A program made the translations under genes and the position numbers. Positions 1-6,965 of a stretch of DNA of 24,000 nucleotides are shown here, one piece after another. The stretch covers positions 14,813-38,812 of the forward strand of contig CAINLW010000037.1 in assembly GCA_903850545.1 (NCBI GenBank), in the 5' to 3' direction. The stretch comes from an uncultured bacterium. GTDB lineage: Bacteria; Patescibacteriota; Minisyncoccia; Phycocordibacterales; GWA1-40-21. Position 1 is the stretch's first letter, and each line of letters begins with the position of its first letter. The notes under the pieces are model-generated. The model worked only from the letters and a program-made list of their open reading frames with translations. It did not search any database and was not told the DNA's origin.

Positions 1-91
1 ACACAATCAGAAGAATAATTGCAAAAACACAAGACCAAGCAAAACTCTTGTTTGAAAAATGTTTAATATATGTTTCTTTTATAACTTTCAT
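1..91 (-). CDS. 5' end of a gene running off the left edge (partial, N-terminal 30 codons), probable membrane protein
   Basis: ATG at 91 (cat at 89-91 on +), open to position 1. Translation is MKVIKETYIKHFSNKSFAWSCVFAIILLIV, ending in a hydrophobic stretch. Too short to appear in the ORF track. Confidence 0.3.
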   Translation of the reverse strand, partial: MKVIKETYIKHFSNKSFAWSCVFAIILLIV

Positions 92-168
92 AGTGTCTTA
101 AATCTTTGAGTTCAGTCCTCACAGATTTATACAATAATACCCCGAATATGAAATTTAGTCCATACTCC

Positions 169-717
169 TTAAATAGTGCTGTCTTGTTTGTCAGCAACAT
201 ACATTGGCCATATTAATAGTAAAAAAATATTGACTATTATAAACACAATGGCAAGTAACCACATGCTGTAATTTTGATATCCAGCTAGGATTCCTCCAAC
301 AGATAATGCTCCCATCATAACACCACATAAATCTATAGTTATCTTTCTTTTTAATAATTTTGGTTGATTAATTACATTAAGTAATTGTGCATATTTTATC
401 GTCGCTACTATAAAAATAAATAGTATAAGAAAAGCAAACATTAAAGGATTGCCGAGACTAAATGCCAAACCAATATATAAAGCAACAAGAATGATATCAA
501 AAATATCTTGTTCAATCATGCCCTTAGGGATAATCCTGGTAAAAAGGACAATTGAAAAATAAGTATTTATATCTATAGTCAAATAAAAAAGTGCTAATGG
601 AAGATATTTTTTCCAATCCAAGTTAAAATATTCCCAAACAAAAATTCCTATTACCAAAAATGTAAAAAAAACTATTAATGCTCTGGTTTCGGGTTTTATA
701 TTAAAAAAATTATTCAT
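169..717 (-). CDS. Polytopic membrane protein, function unknown
   Basis: 182-aa ORF with several hydrophobic helices (ALIVFFTFLVIGIFVW, FAFLILFIFIVATI, LLAIVFIIVNIFLLLIW). Lies 8 nt downstream of the GT2 gene on the same strand. Confidence 0.6.
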   Translation of the reverse strand: MNNFFNIKPETRALIVFFTFLVIGIFVWEYFNLDWKKYLPLALFYLTIDINTYFSIVLFTRIIPKGMIEQDIFDIILVALYIGLAFSLGNPLMFAFLILFIFIVATIKYAQLLNVINQPKLLKRKITIDLCGVMMGALSVGGILAGYQNYSMWLLAIVFIIVNIFLLLIWPMYVADKQDSTI

Positions 718-725
718 AGGACTAA

Positions 726-1460
726 TTATCTTATATCTTTATATTCTTTATTTACTGGACGTTTTATCAAAACCTCGGAAATAAAATTCATTGCGTATTT
801 AATATTAGTCTTCAATAATCCTTCTGATCCAAAACGTCTGCTAGATGAATAAATATAAAAATCAATTTTAAAAGCAACCTCGCCGAATTTGGAAGCGCGC
901 CTGGCAATATCTGTATCTTCGCCATAAAATTCAATGTTAGTGTCAAAGCCATTCATCTTGTCAAGCACTTCTTTTTTGATAGCAAAATTGCCTCCGAGCA
1001 ATGCATACCCGGCAATGCGATAAGCTATCGGAGCAAAAATCCACCAAATAATATTCAGGATTATTTTTTGCAGTAAAGTTCCATCGTGATATCTGTATGG
1101 TCCGCTTATTGAAGCAAGTTTTGTATTTTTTTCAAACTCTTTTTCAACTCTATGTACCCAACCTTCGGGCATTCTTGTATCCGCGTCAATATAAGCCAAA
1201 ATATCTCCCTCTGCTTCCATATACCCTTTTTGACGCGCCCTCACCATACCCTTTCTTTCTTCTCTTACAACTCTAACATTTGGCCTTTTAAGAGCCTCTG
1301 CTTTTGTGTTATCTGTACAGACATTATCTACAACAATAATTTCATGTAATTTTCCCTGGGAATTTTTAATGGCATAATCTAGACAGTCACCAATATACTT
1401 TTCTTCATTGTAAGCAACGATTATCAAACTAATTTTTGGTTTATCTTTTTGTGTTGTCAT
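726..1460 (-). CDS. Family 2 (GT-A fold) glycosyltransferase
   Basis: N-terminal ISLIIVAYNEEKYI strand/NEE signature and YIDADTRMPEGW DxD motif. 244 aa. Confidence 0.85.
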   Translation of the reverse strand: MTTQKDKPKISLIIVAYNEEKYIGDCLDYAIKNSQGKLHEIIVVDNVCTDNTKAEALKRPNVRVVREERKGMVRARQKGYMEAEGDILAYIDADTRMPEGWVHRVEKEFEKNTKLASISGPYRYHDGTLLQKIILNIIWWIFAPIAYRIAGYALLGGNFAIKKEVLDKMNGFDTNIEFYGEDTDIARRASKFGEVAFKIDFYIYSSSRRFGSEGLLKTNIKYAMNFISEVLIKRPVNKEYKDIR

Positions 1461-1464
1461 TTTT

Positions 1465-3822
1465 TTAATTATTACCTTTTAATGCAAAATGTTTGGCAAT
1501 TCTATACTGGATATAGAATAATAAACTAAATGCTACCAAAATTATAGACAAATTTAAAGTGCTAAAACCTGGAACAATATTTGTTGTGTCAAAAAAAGTG
1601 GTAATAAAAGGAATTTTTATCATTCCAATAAACAAAATTATTTCAAACAAAGCAAATGAAAATATCTGAAGTTTTTGATTTCTGGTAATTACTCCTCGAT
1701 AAACATAGGGAGTAAAAACAAAGAATAAATAACCGGCAATAATATAAGCAATAATAACTAAAATATTTGATTGGGCTGTTTTTAAATATACTGGACTTAA
1801 AACAAAAACGATTCCGATGAAAATTGCTTGGATAATCGATGACGAAATAGCAAACGGTAATATTTTTTTAAGAAAAGGTTTTGTGTCAGGGGCTGTAACT
1901 TTATCTGCAGACATAATAGTCCAATAAGAAATCAGAATTCCAGGAAAACCAACTGTAAAATAATTGATCAAAGTAATGTTAAGCGGTGTAAGAGGATATG
2001 TATAACCGAGGGTGCTTACAAACACGAATAAAAGAAGACCCACGAAAGATAAATTAAAAAATATACTAGAGAATATTTCTACATTTCTGATAATACTATC
2101 TGCTAGAGCCACTCCACCAGGCAAGGCTGAAAAGCTGTTATTTGTTAGGACAATGGCTGCAAGTTGTCTAGTGGCAGGCGCACCATCAAACATTGCGATA
2201 CCAAGGTCAGCTTTTTTGATAGCCAGAGCATCATTTGCTCCATCCCCCACCATTGCCGTAAAACCGTCTTTTTTAAAAGCATCAATAATTTTTTCTTTTT
2301 GTTCTGGAACAATTCTGGCAAAAATTGAGTAATTACCTATTTTCTCCGTGTAATCATTCTCGCTCCAATTATCCATTTCTTTTCCAGTAATAATTTTATC
2401 TGCATTTTTTACTCCTGCCAAAGTTGCAACTGTGCGAACTGTTTCTGGATTATCTCCAGAAATTATCCTAATATTAACTCCGCGTTCTTGGAAAAAATTA
2501 ATGGTACTTTTTATTCCTTCTCTAAGATTATTATAAAAAACATATACCGCAACGATAGAAAACTTTATATTTGATAAATCATGCGGAATATTCGTGCCAG
2601 CAGATTGCATAACACACCAAACGTGCTTTCCTTCGTGCGCATGCTCATCTAGGAAATTCTGAAGCCATTTTTTTTCAGTTTCGTCTGGTAATTTCTGTAA
2701 AAAAACATCAGGCGCACCTCCAAAAACTATGATATCTTTGCCGTCTTTTTTTATTGAAACCGCACCATACCTTCTCCACGAAGAAAAAGATAAGGAATCA
2801 GTGACTTTTCCTTCATATTTTAATTCTATAAATTTTTTAACTGCATTTAGCGTCTGTGAGGAGTCGCCTGTTCCTTGAATATATGCCATCGTTAAATCCT
2901 TGGCCGATTCAATACTTATGTTTTTTGTTACATGTATATCCTCAACGGCAAGAGAATTTTCGGTCAAAGTGCCAGTTTTATCCATACATAGATTTTTTAT
3001 GCGACCGAGCTTTTCTGTTGCATTTACTTCTTGAAGCAAAACATGTTTGTTATAAAGATGCGCTGCTCCATATGCAAAAAAAAGAGTAACAGCAAAAAAT
3101 AAACCAACAGGCATAATAGCACTAGTAAGTGCTCCAATATTTTTTACAATGAGTATTGCTGGATCATGTACAACAATTCCACGTATAAGAACAAAACCGA
3201 TAACAAAAGTAAGAATGTATCCGCAGTATTTTATAACTAAATTTACTGAAGATTGAATCGGGCTTAATTTTATTGAATATTTTTTAATACCCTCAGTCAT
3301 TCTTGCTATGCGACTTTCGTGAAATACTGATTTTGTTTTAATAATACCTGAGCCAGCCGTAACAACGCTACCCGCAAGGAGGTCATCATTTAATATTTTT
3401 GAGATAGAATTTGATTCACCAGTTATAAGTCCCTCATTTATTTCAAAACTATGTTCTTTAATAAGAACGCTGTCACATGGGACTTGATCTCCTATTTTAA
3501 GTTTTATCAGATCATCTTTTTTTATTTGATCAGCCAAAATTGTTTCTTCTGTTTGATCTGCATTAATGCGAATAACGTGGGGGGCCGTCAGTAATTGAAG
3601 TCTTTTAAGTTGAACCCAAGCGTTAATTTCCTGAGCAAGCCCCATAAAAATATTAACAGCGAGAATGATTCCTAAAAACAAAGCCGAACGTGCATCACCA
3701 AAAACATAAAGAAAAATAACAACTAAAACAATAATCCCATTTGTATATAGAAAAACATTACGAGAAACAATAAACAAAAGCTCGCTTGTATTTATTTTAT
3801 ATTTTTCAAAAAAATTTATCAT
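1465..3822 (-). CDS. P-type cation-transporting ATPase
   Basis: 785 aa with TGES (LITGESNSI), the phosphorylation site CMDKTGTLTEN and the hinge MVGDGANDALAIKKADLGIAM. Hydrophobic helices at both ends. Confidence 0.9.
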   Translation of the reverse strand: MINFFEKYKINTSELLFIVSRNVFLYTNGIIVLVVIFLYVFGDARSALFLGIILAVNIFMGLAQEINAWVQLKRLQLLTAPHVIRINADQTEETILADQIKKDDLIKLKIGDQVPCDSVLIKEHSFEINEGLITGESNSISKILNDDLLAGSVVTAGSGIIKTKSVFHESRIARMTEGIKKYSIKLSPIQSSVNLVIKYCGYILTFVIGFVLIRGIVVHDPAILIVKNIGALTSAIMPVGLFFAVTLFFAYGAAHLYNKHVLLQEVNATEKLGRIKNLCMDKTGTLTENSLAVEDIHVTKNISIESAKDLTMAYIQGTGDSSQTLNAVKKFIELKYEGKVTDSLSFSSWRRYGAVSIKKDGKDIIVFGGAPDVFLQKLPDETEKKWLQNFLDEHAHEGKHVWCVMQSAGTNIPHDLSNIKFSIVAVYVFYNNLREGIKSTINFFQERGVNIRIISGDNPETVRTVATLAGVKNADKIITGKEMDNWSENDYTEKIGNYSIFARIVPEQKEKIIDAFKKDGFTAMVGDGANDALAIKKADLGIAMFDGAPATRQLAAIVLTNNSFSALPGGVALADSIIRNVEIFSSIFFNLSFVGLLLFVFVSTLGYTYPLTPLNITLINYFTVGFPGILISYWTIMSADKVTAPDTKPFLKKILPFAISSSIIQAIFIGIVFVLSPVYLKTAQSNILVIIAYIIAGYLFFVFTPYVYRGVITRNQKLQIFSFALFEIILFIGMIKIPFITTFFDTTNIVPGFSTLNLSIILVAFSLLFYIQYRIAKHFALKGNN

Positions 3823-3835
3823 TCAAGTTTTTTTA

Positions 3836-4633
3836 TTATCGAATAACTGGATAATCTTCCTCTGGGTCTCTAAATCTCCACAAAATCGATCCCCATGTCC
3901 AAATCACAAACAACTTAATCCAACCAATTTTTTCAAAACGTCTTACTGAAGTCAAAACGGCATCAGTATCAAAATAAAAAAACTTTCCATAGACGAGACA
4001 ATCTTTAATGAATTGTAAATCTTCTGCTAAGCGTAATTTTTCATTAAATTTAACCTTTTTCATTAAAGATGTTTTTGCTATCTGAATAGAATATGAGACT
4101 TTTGTATATTTGTGGACCAAATCATACATTCCCATCCACATTCTCGCCTGCCAACTTTTATTTTCAAGAGGTTTTACTGAAGTTGTCCCAACAGTTAAGT
4201 TTTTATCACTATTTTTCTGTAAAAATAAATCTAAATCTTTTAAAAAGTTCGACTCGAGAATCGTATCTGCATCAAGAAAAACAATCCAATCACTTAAATT
4301 AGAAATTTGTTTTATACCAAAATTTTTCGCTTTTGAAACTCCCTTTTCACTTTTTAATACTCTAATATTTCCACCTTCAAATTTTTTGACAATTTCAAAA
4401 GTTTTGTCAGTAGAACCATTTTCAACTACAACAACCTCGAATTTTTCAATCGGATAATTAAGATTGCTGATTTTTGTAAGCGTATTTTCAATATATTTTT
4501 CTTCATTATGCGCTGGAATTACTACTGAAAAAAAGAGTTGTTTTTGATCCATTTGATTTTCTAAATTATTTAGAAAGTTTAGCATAATTTGGCTTTTATG
4601 TCTTTCAAATACGACTGGCCGGAATTTCTCCAC
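3836..4633 (-). CDS. Family 2 glycosyltransferase (start uncertain)
   Basis: FSVVIPAHNEEKYI and VFLDADT motifs. The ORF-track start at 4633 is a GTG. In-frame ATGs at 4585 and 4552 (MDQKQLFFSVVIP) are more typical distances from the GT2 N-terminal strand. Confidence 0.8.
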   Translation of the reverse strand: MEKFRPVVFERHKSQIMLNFLNNLENQMDQKQLFFSVVIPAHNEEKYIENTLTKISNLNYPIEKFEVVVVENGSTDKTFEIVKKFEGGNIRVLKSEKGVSKAKNFGIKQISNLSDWIVFLDADTILESNFLKDLDLFLQKNSDKNLTVGTTSVKPLENKSWQARMWMGMYDLVHKYTKVSYSIQIAKTSLMKKVKFNEKLRLAEDLQFIKDCLVYGKFFYFDTDAVLTSVRRFEKIGWIKLFVIWTWGSILWRFRDPEEDYPVIR

Positions 4634-4720
4634 CTACCGTGGTGGGTACTTTTCCTCCTCGCCCTCGCTCGTATGGAAAAGTCTTTCGAATCCCGACACA
4701 AACAAAGCAGTTTGTTTGCT

Positions 4721-4784
4721 CCAGCCACGCAAAAATAAAGAAACACTGAAATTTTTCAGTGTTTCTTTATTTTTGCGCGGCTGG
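4721..4784. terminator. 64-nt near-perfect palindrome whose core is a bidirectional intrinsic terminator after tRNA-Asp
   Basis: The sequence ccagccacgcaaaaataaagaaacactga / tcagtgtttctttatttttgcgcggctgg pairs 4721 with 4784 inward, with one mismatch (4727/4778). It has A/T runs on both sides. The last 9 nt of the right arm (4776-4784) are the 3' acceptor strand of tRNA-Asp. Confidence 0.7.
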
Positions 4785-5071
4785 CCGGATTCGAACCGGT
4801 GACCTCTCCCGTGCATATTCCCCAATATTTTCATATCGGCATGGACTATATCTTCGCCATTGTTCGTCCGTTAAGACGAATTTAGGTGCTCCGGTATCTA
4901 GTCTCTACGGCGCCCCCTTAAAATAAATTAAGAGGTTCCCTCGGTATTCGCATATCTTTATAAAAAAGACTTAGCCTTCACCGATATCCCAGAGAGTTTC
5001 AAACTACCTTTCGGCAGCAAGCTGCACGTTCGTCTACAGGGGAGCGCTCTAACCAGCTGAGCTACAACCGC
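4776..5071 (-). tRNA. tRNA-Asp (anticodon GUC) interrupted by a group I intron in the anticodon loop
   Basis: 5' exon 5071->5036 reads GCGGTTG TA GCTC AGCTGGTTA GAGC G CTCCC CTGT. 3' exon 4813->4776 reads CAC GGGAG AGGTC ACCGG TTCGAAT CCGGC CAGCCGC G. Joined, they give a 74-nt cloverleaf with loop CUGUCAC, a 5-nt variable loop and G73. CCA is not encoded. Confidence 0.88.
4814..5035 (-). ncRNA. Group I intron (tRNA-type, IC3-like), 222 nt, no ORF
   Basis: The 5' exon ends in U and the intron ends in G (AATATG). The minus strand contains GTAGAGACTAGA...CACCTAA, matching the J6/7-P7-P3 core I remember from the Azoarcus tRNA-Ile intron. P7 is GACTA/TAGTC, P3 is GGTG/CACC and P8 is TTCGTC-ttaacg-GACGAA. 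GAAA tetraloop hairpins are GCC-GAAA-GGT and CCGATAT-GAAA-ATATTGG. Confidence 0.85.
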
Positions 5072-5739
5072 AATTTTATAAATTTCTCAAAAACATCCTT
5101 CTTTCTTTTGAGAAACAAACCTCCTGATTTAAGGTTATCTACATTATACATAAAATTATATAATTTCAAAGAGCTAATTACACTATATGTTAATCTGAAG
5201 TAATCACCCTGTCCTTTTCGAATAGAACCTTTCATTCCTTTTATTCTTTCTAATCTGTCATTTAAAGCTTCTAAAAAAACAAAGGAACAAGATGTAAAAA
5301 CGCACGAAATGGTATAAGATTTAATTAATCTATTTTTATGGTTAAGACCGACCCAAACATTCCCATCACCATCAAAATACCCGCGAACAAAATCAGAAAA
5401 ATACTTTTCCGGTATATTTGGAACTGCTAAACTTTTTGTTTTATTCTTATCGAAACCGAGTTTTCTCAAATCATCACACATTTCAAAGCTCCCTATCTGT
5501 AAACGATAAAGATTTTTATTATTACCCATACCAATTTTTTCACCTATTTTATGTTCAGATTCAATGCAATCTTTAATTTTACAAAGTATCTCCTTGTCAG
5601 TAATTTCTATGCACCAAAAATTTGCACCTCGTTTGTTTAATGTAATATAACCGTCAGCAGCAAAAAAACCCAAGATATAAGCCATTTGTGTCGTCCATTT
5701 TTTGAAAAAATCTTTATTTATTTTTTTAAATATCGGCAA
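5062..5739 (-). CDS. Double-motif LAGLIDADG homing endonuclease, free-standing between two tRNA genes (start uncertain)
   Basis: Two LAGLIDADG motifs (YILGFFAADGYI and FVRGYFDGDGNV). The ORF-track start (5871) lies inside the upstream tRNA, so it is not credible. Candidate starts are TTG at 5739 or ATG at 5685. The stop TAG (5062-5064) is positions 8-10 of tRNA-Asp. Confidence 0.85.
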   Translation of the reverse strand: MPIFKKINKDFFKKWTTQMAYILGFFAADGYITLNKRGANFWCIEITDKEILCKIKDCIESEHKIGEKIGMGNNKNLYRLQIGSFEMCDDLRKLGFDKNKTKSLAVPNIPEKYFSDFVRGYFDGDGNVWVGLNHKNRLIKSYTISCVFTSCSFVFLEALNDRLERIKGMKGSIRKGQGDYFRLTYSVISSLKLYNFMYNVDNLKSGGLFLKRKKDVFEKFIKLRL

Positions 5740-5814
5740 GATTATATTGTAGCACGTGACAGTGTTATATACTAACCAAAATATATAAAAATTTAGATGA
5801 AAAACAAATTTTTG

Positions 5815-5885
5815 TGTCGATGAATGGAATCGGACCATTGTCTGAGGCTTATGAGTCCCCCGTTCTACCATTGAACTACACCGAC
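5815..5885 (-). tRNA. tRNA with CAU anticodon (elongator Met or Ile2), 71 nt
   Basis: GTCGGTG TA GTTC AATGGTA GAAC G GGGGA CTCATAA GCCTC AGAC AATGG TCCGATT CCATT CATCGAC A. The acceptor has one G-U pair. Positions 31-39 are an A/G mismatch. The T loop TCCGATT is non-canonical. Confidence 0.7.
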
Positions 5886-6030
5886 ATGTTTCAAAATCAA
5901 AAATTAAATATCAAAAAGTAAAAATAAACCTATTCAGCCATTAAACACCTTGATCATTCAATCAATGATAGCAAAAACAATATAACATTTTTTTGACAAA
6001 AAACAAACAAAAAATTTGGCTGTGTGAAAT

Positions 6031-6060
6031 AAAAAATCGCCTTAAATTGGCGATTTTTTA
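6031..6060. terminator. Intrinsic terminator hairpin after the initiator tRNA
   Basis: aaaaaatcgcc-ttaaatt-ggcgatttttt, with a stem flanked by A and T runs. It begins 8 nt past the tRNA CCA end on the minus strand. Confidence 0.65.
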
Positions 6061-6067
6061 TTTTTCG

Positions 6068-6141
6068 TGGTTGCGGGGGCCCGAATTGCACGGACGTCTC
6101 TAGGTTATGAGCCTAGCGAATTACTGCTACTCTACCCCGCT
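6068..6141 (-). tRNA. Initiator-type tRNA-fMet (CAU), CCA encoded
   Basis: AGCGGGG TA GAGT AGCAGTA ATTC G CTAGG CTCATAA CCTAG AGAC GTCCG TGCAATT CGGGC CCCCGCA A CCA. The acceptor GCGGGG/CCCCGCAACCA with a mismatched 1:72 pair mirrors E. coli tRNA-fMet. G30-C40 and G31-C39 are present. The D loop lacks GG and the T loop is TGCAATT. Confidence 0.75.
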
Positions 6142-6171
6142 GATAACTATATTACAACAAAAATATCAAAA

Positions 6172-6210
6172 ACACAATGAGCGACAGGCTTCGCCTGTCG
6201 CTCATTGTGT
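6172..6210. terminator. Strong bidirectional intrinsic terminator
   Basis: The 17-18 bp perfect stem acacaatgagcgacaggc / gcctgtcgctcattgtgt has T runs on both strands. It follows the 6273..6923 gene. Confidence 0.8.
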
Positions 6211-6218
6211 TTTTGGTT

Positions 6219-6272
6219 GCATTAAAATTTTCATAGGATTTCGTTAATATTCGTAGTTTTTATTTTCGAATA
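6219..6272 (-). repeat. Copy of the TACGAA-repeat intergenic element (variant)
   Basis: The minus strand reads TTCGAAAATAAAAACTACGAATATTAACGAAATCCTATGAAAATTTTAATGCAA. It shares ACGAA repeats and the GAAAATTTTAATGCAA tail with the copy at 8400-8453. Confidence 0.5.
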
Positions 6273-6923
6273 TTAAATGATTTCAAATTCTGCAAATATC
6301 TGCTCATATAAACTAATTACTCTTTTTGCTTCTCTGTGTGTAAGAAGAAAATCCGAACCCTGGTGTGCAATAGCATTTCTTATTTTATGTGCCTCCCATG
6401 CTTCTTCTATATTTTCAAAATCATCTGGACTGATACTTTTTAATTTTTCTGCAATTCCCTCGCCCGGTAAACCAAGACTATCAAGAAGTTCACTTAGCAT
6501 TATATCTGCTTCCAGTATAGCGAGTCTCCATTTGCTAGGGTCATCTGAATTCATATGATCTTCGACAAGTTTCCATTTAGGATTATTAATATTAGTTTCA
6601 CCTGTTATTTCAACTTCCTTTTTAGATGGAAGTACCCTGTTCATTAATTTTTGTCTAACTTCCGCTTCTTTTTTCACATAAATATAAATCAGAATAATTA
6701 AAATCGTCGTTATGATCGCTGAAAAAACGACGAATTTTGCATAAAAATTTATAAAAGCAAATACAAAAGTTTCATAAGAATGTTTAAACACATCGGAATG
6801 CTTGCTTATCCAATTTATTAACATGCCACCAAGTCCAAATAAAATAACTAATATAACAATCATTTCAAGCGCTCCTAATGAAATCGCCGGTTTGGATTCT
6901 TTTTTATCTTTTTTTTCTGCCAT
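6273..6923 (-). CDS. Membrane-anchored protein of unknown function
   Basis: 216 aa with N-terminal hydrophobic helices (LEMIVILVILFGLGGMLI, VVFSAIITTILIILIYIYV) and a soluble helical C-terminal domain. I recognise no motif in it. Confidence 0.6.
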   Translation of the reverse strand: MAEKKDKKESKPAISLGALEMIVILVILFGLGGMLINWISKHSDVFKHSYETFVFAFINFYAKFVVFSAIITTILIILIYIYVKKEAEVRQKLMNRVLPSKKEVEITGETNINNPKWKLVEDHMNSDDPSKWRLAILEADIMLSELLDSLGLPGEGIAEKLKSISPDDFENIEEAWEAHKIRNAIAHQGSDFLLTHREAKRVISLYEQIFAEFEII

Positions 6924-6965
6924 ATTTTTACTCTATTATATTTAACAAGATGTAATTATACCATT

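Noticed and set aside
4634-4834. 66-aa minus-strand ORF from the ORF track
   Set aside because: It runs through the tRNA-Asp 3' exon, the end of the group I intron and the 64-nt terminator palindrome. It has no start context, so it is an artefact of a G+C-rich structured region.
5740-5871. N-terminal extension of the LAGLIDADG ORF (MVERGTHKPQTMVRFHSS...)
   Set aside because: Its ATG codons at 5871 and 5838 fall inside the 71-nt CAU tRNA (5815-5885). The extension precedes the first LAGLIDADG helix by an implausible 60 residues.
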